A DNA stretch of 64,000 nucleotides from Epithemia pelagica (taxonomy: Eukaryota > Protista > Bacillariophyta). A model generated the notes under the pieces. It saw only the letters and a program-made list of their open reading frames with translations, was not told the DNA's origin and did no database searches. The DNA lies in contig OX337229.1 of the NCBI GenBank assembly GCA_946965045.2, positions 1,922,001 through 1,986,000 of the forward strand, given 5' to 3'. Of this stretch, positions 10,213-19,941 are shown one piece after another. Position 1 is the first letter of the stretch. Every line of letters starts with the position of its first letter. Made by a program: the position numbers and the translations under genes.

Positions 10213-12168
10213 CTATTGTTGAACCTTCTTTTCATCATTCAGTACCTTTGGAGCACCATCACCATTTGTTTTTCTTCGCAACTCTTCCAGTTCTTTTCCT
10301 TGTTTCTCAAGTTTCTTAACAAGCATTTGAATTTGTGCTTCCATAGACGGCGATGGTGTTGCTGGCGTTTCTTCTGGCAATTGTGGCATGTCCAGGCCGT
10401 TGTCCTTGGAGTTGATGTGATTCTCTGTTTGTGGAGTGAGTTGAATTTCTTTTCGCGGGGTCAATTGATTCTCCATTCGTGGAGACCACTCCCCCTTGCT
10501 AGCTACGACGGTGTGGGAAAACCGCGGTCTTGGTGGAGTTTGAGGGACTGCTTCCGCAGTAGAACCCTTTCCCAATTTGGAGTCTTGGAGACTCGGTCGA
10601 CCCTTGCAAACATTCAGATAATATTCGGCTTCGGCTCTCCAGAAATGATCGGGATGGTAACCGGCATACATTGTGATTAACGCTTCGTTGAATTGAGCTT
10701 GAAGAGTGACCAACGGAATTTCATTGGGTATATTTCGAAAAGGATTTTCCAATTCACGCGCCACTTCGTGAATTCCCGACAAGCAGGTAATGGTCAAAAA
10801 TGTCAAGACACAGCCAACCCATGCTTCGTCGGTATACTGATCCATCAAAAAGGACACGGCCGGAATTGCCACCAAAATGTAAATGGCCGACAGTTGCGCA
10901 TGTGGAAAGGGGAATGGGACAAACATGATTTTGCGCGCGTGGTTATAGTGGATCATACCGTCACCCAAGAACTGAATGATCCGACTAATAATGGGCGGGC
11001 CGACATTTCCCGTAGATCCAGCCAAGTGTTCGCGAACAATGAATTCGGACAGCCACTGCCAGCACAACTGCGTCTTGGCATAGGGCCCACGACTCATTTG
11101 CAAAAAGCGAATCTCCCCCTCGGACACACCGCCAATGATAGGCATCGGCCGACTGGCATTGTACCGTGTTCGCTCCTCGTCCGATCGGCCCATGCCCAGG
11201 AAATTCATAAATTTATTCCACCTCGACGATTCAAAGGTGCTATCGCCTTCCAATGGGTTGACCTTGGGCCAATCAGCACCTGGCAAGTAAATATCCAAAG
11301 GAGATTCGCTGCCCTCAATGTCATTGCGCAACGTTGCGAGTGCTACACCACACATGAGCGACGCCAAGTGGGCCAGTTCCTGAAGAAAGAGAGGTGCCGT
11401 TCGTCCTCCCTGAAAAGATGCAAAACCACCCTTGGGAATGGATCGTTGAAATGGCTTTTTCGGGTCGAAATACGTGGCTTTTTCGTCATCAAAGAGGGCT
11501 CCAAAATTACCATCCAATTTCGGCATGCCTTCCAGTGGATTGGGTAATTTGTCCAGACGATCCGATGCTTTGGGACCGGACATGTCACTTCCTTCCGAGG
11601 AATGTCGTTTGTGAGAGCTCGATGATCCATTTCTTTTTTTGAAATTATTTTGAAATCTGGCATCTTGTACCGATTCAATGGATTTCGTGGTGGCCCGCTC
11701 GGAGATGCGTCCCACATCCATGTAGGACTCGGTCGAAAGTTGGGTCTGACGATCTTCCCGCTCTCGTGAGAGAAAATGAGCATTTAACTCCGGGTATTCA
11801 AAAAACGAAGGCGGCTTGATGTGATTGTAATGATCGCATTGCAAATGATAAATAGCCGTATGCGACGTGGCGTCCATCCATTTGCTCATCATGTGAAAGA
11901 CGGCCGAATTGGCTTCCCAATAGCGCGCATAGGCGGCTTGTGCTCGAAAGACCAACAAAAATGTCAAGGCCGAAATGAGGATACCAACCGCGTAGGGGTG
12001 TGGAATTTCGTCGGGATTGGTGTCCGATCCAGAACTGTCCCAAAAGGAGCGAATCAGGGCAAAGACACAGACGGCAAAAAACCCCGAAAAACAGGCCCGG
12101 TAGGCCGCACTGCCATGAATGCGAAAAAGAGTCCCGAGCCCAAAGGCGGTCTTGTGATATTGAATCAT
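10213..12168 (-). CDS. Bestrophin-family (UPF0187/VCCN-like) anion channel
   Basis: Family motifs LTFLLVFRAQAAYARYWEA, VPFPFPHAQL and EVARELENPF, with four hydrophobic helices; single 651-aa ORF. Confidence 0.9.
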   Translation of the reverse strand: MIQYHKTAFGLGTLFRIHGSAAYRACFSGFFAVCVFALIRSFWDSSGSDTNPDEIPHPYAVGILISALTFLLVFRAQAAYARYWEANSAVFHMMSKWMDATSHTAIYHLQCDHYNHIKPPSFFEYPELNAHFLSREREDRQTQLSTESYMDVGRISERATTKSIESVQDARFQNNFKKRNGSSSSHKRHSSEGSDMSGPKASDRLDKLPNPLEGMPKLDGNFGALFDDEKATYFDPKKPFQRSIPKGGFASFQGGRTAPLFLQELAHLASLMCGVALATLRNDIEGSESPLDIYLPGADWPKVNPLEGDSTFESSRWNKFMNFLGMGRSDEERTRYNASRPMPIIGGVSEGEIRFLQMSRGPYAKTQLCWQWLSEFIVREHLAGSTGNVGPPIISRIIQFLGDGMIHYNHARKIMFVPFPFPHAQLSAIYILVAIPAVSFLMDQYTDEAWVGCVLTFLTITCLSGIHEVARELENPFRNIPNEIPLVTLQAQFNEALITMYAGYHPDHFWRAEAEYYLNVCKGRPSLQDSKLGKGSTAEAVPQTPPRPRFSHTVVASKGEWSPRMENQLTPRKEIQLTPQTENHINSKDNGLDMPQLPEETPATPSPSMEAQIQMLVKKLEKQGKELEELRRKTNGDGAPKVLNDEKKVQQ

Positions 12169-13626
12169 GGTGTTTGATTCAGTTCAGGTAAAGCAGTTCC
12201 ACGGGTGCAAGAAATAAACGACCAGAATGGGGGATGGTTGGCTTGAGCGTGTGACGAATGAATGAACGTTTCGTTTACAATTCCTTTTCAATCCAAATAT
12301 GCAGTGAACGACTGCGCCTTACTGCAGCTCGATGAGTTTCCTTTCTGCTTATGCAGAACGATAAACGAAGACCGGTTGTGTGGGGACAGGTTATTTTGAC
12401 ATGTAGAGAAGAGACCCTTGGTCGTGGCGAATGGTGGAGGGAGATTGAAGGAGGTACATGAGACTTGGGCTTGAGGTACCCCCTAGCGGGAGTGACTTAA
12501 AGGGTGTAATTTCTCTGAGCCAGAAACTACAACCTCAAAACCACCCTCGCTAGGAGGTAGGGGTTGGGGGTTACGTAGTGAAATAATCTCTAGCGGAAAC
12601 AGATGGTATTCTAGTTTATTCACGAATAGCGCGTTCTTTTGTATTGTGTGCAACTGCGGCGAGTCCTGTAATGCCCTTCGTCACTTTCATCCGATAGGGT
12701 GTATTATTGCCGAGTGCGTTGTGGCCGCAAAAGTTCCGCTTCTTGCTGTTGAGGACTTGCACGCGCGAGAGTGGACTTCACTGTGTAATAATCTGTAGCC
12801 AGAGGTAAACCCAACGGCTGCAAGGTGAAATTCCCGGCAGAACTGCGCGAACTAAGGTGATATCTTTCGATCTTTCGTATGCATTGGCAAGATGCCACTC
12901 ATGCAAGAGCCTTGGAGTTTGACATTCGAAAGGCGTCTGCGGACGCAACATGAGAGACAAGCACACAGATTCTGCGAGTCTGTCTTGGAGCTCGATTTTA
13001 CTTCTAGGAAGACGACATGGTGGTCGAAATCGGATGGTCGAGGCGATCCGACTCGATGCTCTGGAGTGCTTCACGTTTTCTAGGTAGCTCGTTTGCATAC
13101 TTTGGAACCTTTTCATCGGTGCGGACCATTCAGACAATGGAACAACTTATTTGGTCGCGTTGCAGGATACTGTAAATGTCTGGACTAAAATGAATACACC
13201 CCCTGATGCCATTCCCATGTTCTAATCATGACGGGCTCTTGCTCCATCGTCTCTTTTCCACATTCCATGGTTATTTTGTGGGATCGACGCAAAAAGTGGT
13301 GGGCCATGTGAAAGTTTGGGGTCTGTTTGAGGATGTCCGGTCTCGAAAATTTGGAACTCGGAAGCTCGACGGCTTGCCCAAGCAACAAAAAGTGGCATAG
13401 TGGTAGGGACTATTATAGTAACGAGTGGGGAAAATATGCTGTCAATTAACAATCCCATACGAGCTGTTTGGTCGTGATTTCACTACTTAACAGAAGATTC
13501 GCCCAACATATTTCCGAAACCCCCTGTCCACTTTCTCAAAGGGAGAGCAGAGAGAGCAAGAATGTACCGCCCACACAACTTTCGTGAGTTGATCCTGCCA
13601 AACTTTCGTCCACCTTTGTCGTCACC

Positions 13627-15677
13627 ATGACAACCCCCAATATTGACCCGCCCATGGACATGGGTCCTCCAGCGAGTAGTATGGTGCCCTCGATGACACC
13701 TTCGTTTATAGAGGCGGCATTCTCTGCCGTTCCGACCATTACGACAGAATCTCCCACCGTCAACGCAACCGTATCGGCCTCACCCACCGTCAACGCAACC
13801 TTTGCATCATCCGAGTCTCCCACGTGGAACGAATCCATGTCCTATGACGACTCTGCTTCTCCAAGTATTTCTCCCAGTGACGAATCACCAAGTCATCCAA
13901 CCGTCCGTCCTACTCCTTCCAGTCCCTTTCCCTATCGAGCCGAAGGGGACAGTAGCTTTGGCCATCAGTGGCAAGACGAATACAATTTGGCTCATCAACA
14001 CGCCTTTCGACGACCTGGATGGTCCTATGGAGACCCCTCATCCGGATCGTCGCCCTTTTGTTATCGCAATCTGTGCTACAATATTACCGAAGCCTGTGAT
14101 ACCTTTGGTGGCGAATTCTTGCATTCCAGTGTGTGCAGCTTCCCCGAAGATGTCAAAATTTCCGGTCCCTCGTGTTGGAGAGGAGCCTGTACGGCGGCAG
14201 GGTACACACAATGTCGGGAAATCGGTGGTGTTCATGTCGGTGAACCGGACGGAAGTGGAGGTCCCCAGTGGTGTGTGTTCAATGGGGCTCATTCCATGCT
14301 GGGACCCATGTGTTATGGACGGTAAGTAAACGTCGTTGTGGCTTTTTTGTGTTCCACGCGAGTAAACTCTGGACGAGTGTCATGTTGTAACTGACGCTTA
14401 TGGGTGATGCTTTGTCATGACACAAATAGGGAATGCTATGAAACGGAAGCCCTCGAGGCATGTAATGAAGTCGAGGGAACAATCTGGAACAGCAACTATT
14501 GCTTTGTCGAAGGTTACCACACACCGATTGGGCCAATCTGCTGGAATGGTCATTGTATTGTTGGTGATGCGCAAAACAAGTGCCAAGATCTTGGTGGTAC
14601 CGTATTTGCCAAGCGATGGTGTCTCTTGTCAGGATGCGACCGCACGGGTAAGTATCGAGAAAGGACGAGGGAAAAGCATGGTTTCCATTGCATCTACAGG
14701 TACTGACACACAAGTCTTTCCCCTCTTGAATCTGGTCAAATGAACTTGATGGCGTAACATGTAGTTATTGGTCCAACCTGTTCCATGGCTCCGTCATCTT
14801 TCGAACAGCAGTGCTTCCAAGATGAGACGGTCAAAGTATGTCGAAGACTGGGCGGTACCCAAATAGCGAATCGCTTCTGCGTGCTGGACGGTACAGATTG
14901 GACCTTTATCGGTCCAACTGTCTATGAGAAAACAGAAACCATTGGTCAAACCAACGACTTTTGTCGGGAATTGAAGCAAAGTACGACCAATTTCTTTAAC
15001 TTTATGGATTCGTACGAAATTGCCGGTCGGTTCTGTCTGGTCAATGAACGCATCCCAACCACCACACCCTTTTGCACGGATTCGGGATGCAACATAACCA
15101 TGGGCAAGAAATTTTGTGAGCGATTCAATGGAAAGACGCTGGCAGGAGGTTTCATGTGCTCCTTGTGTGACTCTTTCCGACAAGTGGTTGGACCACTGAG
15201 TTGGAATGGAACCCTCCTGGAAGGGAATCCAAAGTATTGCGAGGGGGCCTTTTGTGCCATTCCCCGCCGAGGTACGCAACGCAGAATGCCAACCCAACTT
15301 GTTGAAACGGTCAGAACTCGTTCAATATCCTCACTCTTGGAGTTGCTTGGATTCTTCTTATACCCTATGGATCGAACAATGACGATATTGCAGCAAAAGA
15401 TTCGACAGAGAATGCACGATGTCCAAATGCAGAGCCTGTAATTGGTCGTTGCGGTTCGTTTGGTGGCGCCGTTGGTGTTCCTGGCGAAGCTAATGATGTT
15501 TTTACGGGAGAAGATGATGATGGTAATGGTGATGCCAGTGAAAGCCCTGGTGGTGATGACAACAATAACAACGGTGCTTCATCCGGCTCAATGCAGAGTC
15601 GACGTGTGACGGCTCTGGTTGTATATGCTTCTCTCTTCTGGATGGTACACTCGGTCCGTTCCTTGGGCTCTTATTAG
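13627..15677 (+). CDS. Cys-rich repeat cell-surface protein with Pro/Ser/Thr-rich N-region and GPI-anchor-like C-terminus (4 exons, about 567 aa from ATG 13627; true 5' end uncertain)
   Basis: Introns 14322-14429, 14648-14764 and 15272-15393 (all GT..AG) join ORFs 13627..14325, 14404..14706 and 14785..15441 plus a last exon ending in TAG at 15675-15677. The first two junctions restore repeat motifs (GPMCYGR|ECY; DRT|VIGPTC). The third acceptor is less certain. Confidence 0.65.
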
Positions 15678-16443
15678 AGCAAGGAAAATGAGTCTTGTGC
15701 TGACCGACCACTGTGGCGAATCTTCTATTTCTTGGCTGGGATTCCCCATAGCTTCGAATTCGAATGGGGTGCAAATTGCGTCGTCGAACAGACCTGTGTT
15801 AGACAATTGATCTGGGAAAGTACCGAGGATTGAGATTGTTGTATTTTATGTTTAGCGGGACTAGTTTAATCTGTAGGAGTAAATTCTTTTAGTTTTTGTT
15901 CACCCACATTGCCTTATCAGGAAAACTGGCGTCTCTCACAACAAAAACACATGGCCGCACGGGGGAATCGGCGGCATCATTGAACGACTTGGTCGTTGGT
16001 GGGCATCAAAAGTTGAACACAAAGCTACCGTGCCTATTGAGAATAGAAAAGTGATTAAAGCTAGGTGTACATCTCCTTGTGGAATCGATAACGAAACTTT
16101 TGGAACGAAGCTTTTGCTCCAACATTAGACCAATGTAAGTCGATTCGGTCGACTGTAGACTTTTCTCTCAGGAACCAGAGGCTAGAGAGAAACTTTTCTT
16201 TCGGTATAGTCATAGCTCCCATAGCTCATTCGACTTCGGGATTCGAGAACCAAAACCACTGGGAGATGGGGTAATCCTGAGCAGGTCGCTACCTTACCAG
16301 TCAGATACTGACTGTGACCTATAGGAGTTACCGAACGCTTTTTCTGCATAGAGAACACTCTAGCGACAAAAGATGATATACCGACTGCTAGTACTATTAA
16401 AACCCACCACCACCCGGTTCATAACCGCTACATATTTGTACTG

Positions 16444-17382
16444 CTAGTCATCTTCCACTTCGATCTGAAACACTTTCGCCTCACCATTTTCAATCTTCAT
16501 CTGAACCAGATTCACCACTGCTCCAAACACCTTGTGATGCCCATCCAGATCTCCTCTGTATTTCTCCTTTAAGATATTGTAATGTTTCAGTAAATTGTTG
16601 ACAGTTTCATGTCTCGCCCTGGCATCAGCCATCATCTTGTCTTGATAGTCATTTCTTCCAGTAGGTGTGACAAAGTAGCATCCAGAATCGTTGTAACCAC
16701 CATCAGCAATCACTTTCTCATTCGGTAGTAGCTCTTGAACAAGCCAGTCTCTGGCAATCCGTAGGTCTGGCCAAGCGCCACAAGGGAATGCACCATTCCA
16801 CCACACTATCCAGCCAGTTTTCAGGCAGATTCCCACCTCATACCTCACACCTGCTCCCTTAAACTTGTGCGAGTACCATTTTGGATCAAAAGGTGACGGC
16901 TCCAAAATCCTGAAGTCAGTACCATCCAAACTAATGAAACAGACCTGTCCAGGTACACAACAATCAAACCTATTGTCCCATACAATCTGGTATAAGAACA
17001 ACAGCAATGGTCAGATATGAGGAGGACGACTTCATGGCAAATTCATGTAGGGCCATGTACTTACATAATTAAGACCACTATACAACAAATTTACAAACAC
17101 TTTGACCCACTTCCTGTAGGTCTTCCTCGTTGTTTTGGCTATTGAGACCATAACATCCTCTGTAGCATAGACTTTCAGAAAAGCCAGTGTCCACAACAAA
17201 TGACGAGGTGATGCACCTTTGGGCAATGAACTGTCCAGTTCATCCCACACATGAACACAGAGCAAAGGAGACATTCCAAAGTAAGAACGAAAAGCACGTG
17301 AGAAATCAAGTGAGTGTGAGTGTCTTGCTCTACCAAGCATTGGCAGAGCCAAGTTGATGAATGTTCGTTGTGTCACCAACAT
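16444..17382 (-). CDS. Harbinger/PIF DDE transposase (DDE_Tnp_4 type; 2 exons, about 286 aa)
   Basis: Intron 17064-16987 (GTAAGT..ACCAG) joins ..SGLNY|IVWDNRF.. in frame. The catalytic triad is intact: SLDGTD, IADGGY, RHETVN. The YSHKFK motif and N-terminal HTH-like FRSYFGMSP/HLLWTLAFLKVY are present. Confidence 0.92.
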
Positions 17383-17725
17383 GGTGGGAGAAAACCGCTT
17401 TGGAAAATTTATGTTTGCTCAGTGTGTGTCGCGATGCTGACCACACCTTTACTCTGATCTCGGTCTGTCTGTGTGTAGTACTGTCAGTTCATTGGAACAG
17501 GTTTTTTAGAATTTCATCACGTTCATTTGATTGGCTGGTCAGTTGAGCAGTGACACTAAACTTTGTACTGTTCTACATATAGTGACCAATTCGAATTCGT
17601 GTCCGGTCATTGGAACCGGCCTGGAACGGTGCAGAAATCGATTCAAAAATCGTTTTCATTCAAAAACTGGAATTTCTGAATGGCCCTACCTCGCCAACAT
17701 CCTATTACTTTCTACATCTTAAGCG

Positions 17726-17942
17726 ACCCACATATTGCCCTTATCTTGGGTTAACTGTGGGTCGCTTGATTATATCATTTGAACCACTAGAAAGTGTCCT
17801 GGGTCGGTTTTGAAAAGACGACCTGGCTCGAAAAAATCGACCCAGCTCGTTTTTTTAAAACCGACCCAGGACACCTTATAAGTGCCCTATTCACTTGGAC
17901 GAACGACCCACGGTTGACCCAAGGTAAGGGCAATACGTGGGT
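17726..17942. repeat. 217-bp imperfect palindrome (106-bp arms, 5-nt A loop) in the divergent promoter region of the Harbinger element
   Basis: Arms at 17726-17831 and 17837-17942. The outer 39 bp match 35/39, the inner 39 bp match 34/39, and the middle 28 bp are diverged. Centre at 17834. Confidence 0.9.
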
Positions 17943-18138
17943 TGCACTACTTTAAGAATTGGAGCCAAATTGGGCATGGCCTCCTCGATTGAAAAATGGA
18001 GTCCATGATGAAAACCGACCCAGTCCGGATTTTGGTGAACTGTTTTTAGGGTCATAATTAGTTTTCGTGCGAACAGACCAGTCTGGTTTTGCACTCCCTC
18101 GCACTTTTGTTTTACGTACTAATAGTACCTATACTCCG

Positions 18139-19211
18139 ATGACCAGGTCTGGCCGCAACACTTTGGGTGAGGGTGCCCTACTTTCGTGGGATTCAAAGTC
18201 AAAAGATGCCGAATTCCTTGACAAAATCGTGTCAGAAGGCTTGATTCTGGAGAGCGCCACACCCAAATCTGTGTGGTTGGAACACGCTGTTTTCCAAAAG
18301 TACAAATTGGAATCATTCAGGTCGGCACTCAACAAAGCCAAAAAAAAATACCAAGTCCACTTGAAGGATCAACATGAGAGAGAGACTGGTCATGAGTTGT
18401 TGGGTCGTGGTGAGACGGCCCCATCTATGGATGGAAAGGTAAGGAACCCCAATGATGGAGATCTCAAACCAGCTCCTTCTTTGTTTGGGTCGTCCAAAGG
18501 ACAAGGTAAGTGCCAGTGTACACTGTTTGTTTGATTGTTGAGTCACTATCCTTACCTGTTGTGGTTTATTGTCTTTTATGACCAGGTGTTGCTGCCAAGG
18601 TTGCTCCTGAGTCTGTTGTCAGTGACGATGCTATGGTGAAGAAAAGGGCGGCAGGATCCATGCCATTACAGGAGACACTACAGGTACAACTACAACAAAA
18701 GAGGAAAAAGACAAATGAAGAAGACAGTGGTAATGACATGATGAGGAATTGGGAGCCTCCTCATGTCTTGACACAGTGGGTCGACGACAAGAAACAGCGT
18801 CATTTGGTGATTTTGGTGGTGTTGCCTACAGGTATTGCACATGAAGACACAACAAATTGCTTGATTGAAGTGGATCCGAGCCAGCTACAGGTACATGTGA
18901 AGGTAATTTGGCCTGACAACGCAACTCATATCCATTATCTAACCCAACACACGCACAGAGAGTGGCATGTCGAGGAGAAAAACCTACGAATGAAACTTGC
19001 TTTGGAAGACGCCATGAATCAGATGCGAAAAAGAGAAACAGACTTTGTCAGGTCAAAGTTTTCTCTTTCTCTTCCTTTCATGGTCCAAAGCAGGTTCGAC
19101 TACGAATTTATGTACGACACAACAAACGGATTCAGAGCGTTGTTGATTTCCCTACATGAGCCGGACGCACAGTTTGAAGGCGGCATGAAGCACAAGATGG
19201 TGCGTCTGTAA
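18139..19211 (+). CDS. Harbinger accessory ORF2 protein (N-terminal helical DNA-binding-like domain, C-terminal beta-rich domain; 2 exons, about 330 aa)
   Basis: ATG at 18139; intron 18506-18585 (GTAAGT..ACCAG) joins ORFs 18067..18534 and 18633..19211 in frame. It lies inside the TIRs opposite the transposase; AATAAA overlaps the region just after the stop. Confidence 0.8.
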
Positions 19212-19941
19212 ATAAATGTAGTATGATTTGGGGCGGTTGCAAAAACCGGGTGGTGGTGGGCCTAAATCTTTCTATTAGTTCTCTATTTGTCCATGTTCAT
19301 AGTTTATGCTATAGTACATCGATTAAGCGTTCTGGTCGTGTTCCGCTTTCTAGTCAGACTTTGCCTGGAATGACAGCGAGCTGCTCAGGATTACCCCAGC
19401 TCCCTGACCACATTCGGCTCTTCTTTTGAACAAATGGCTCAACTTTTCTTTTGCATAGAGAGATATCTCTGAAAGTTGGGAGGCCATGTTGTTGTCGTGT
19501 CGGCCGCACACACAAAGGATATTTGTCGTGTTTGGAAGCTTCGGCTGTGTGTTATCAAACATCCTCCTAACTGCTGGTGCTGCAAGGGGCTTCACCTCGT
19601 CTGGAGAAAAAGAGCCATTGTAAGTCTTCCTATTACGTGATTTGACAGGGGAAGGGCAATTAGAAATTCGTAAGGAAAGAACTCTATTCTGAATCCCACA
19701 TACACACACCCTCTCGATAACTTGTCATTTATCCCATGAACCATGAGTATTTCATGGAACCTTCTGTTTCACAAAACCTCATTTAGTTTGTCTGTACTTC
19801 TTTGGTTCATGGTGATACCTCTGTATCCTTCTATCTTCGCACCTCGATGATGTTCACTCCAGTCCTCTTTTTTCCGCCCGTTCATCATCACATTTACGTA
19901 TAGGCACCAAGGGGAAGAGGAATTCGAGCAGCAGTGTCGGA

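Larger units (their letters stand above)
16401..19262. mobile_element. PIF/Harbinger DNA transposon, apparently complete (2,862 bp)
   Basis: TAA at 16398-16400 and 19263-19265 (target-site duplication). TIR core CCCACCACCACCCGGTT at 16403-16419 is the exact reverse complement of 19244-19260. The terminal 2 bp are AA on the left, whereas the right end (CC) predicts GG. The element encloses a DDE transposase and a divergently oriented second ORF, as expected for this superfamily. Confidence 0.9.

Noticed and set aside
10216-11547. Long + strand ORFs (154 and 284 aa) opposite the bestrophin
   Set aside because: Antisense shadows of a strongly supported minus-strand gene, with no recognisable motifs.
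12660-13620. Possible gene or missing 5' exons of the Cys-rich protein
   Set aside because: All frames are closed by stops within about 120 codons, and I found no convincing signal peptide, splice chain or family motif. Left unannotated.
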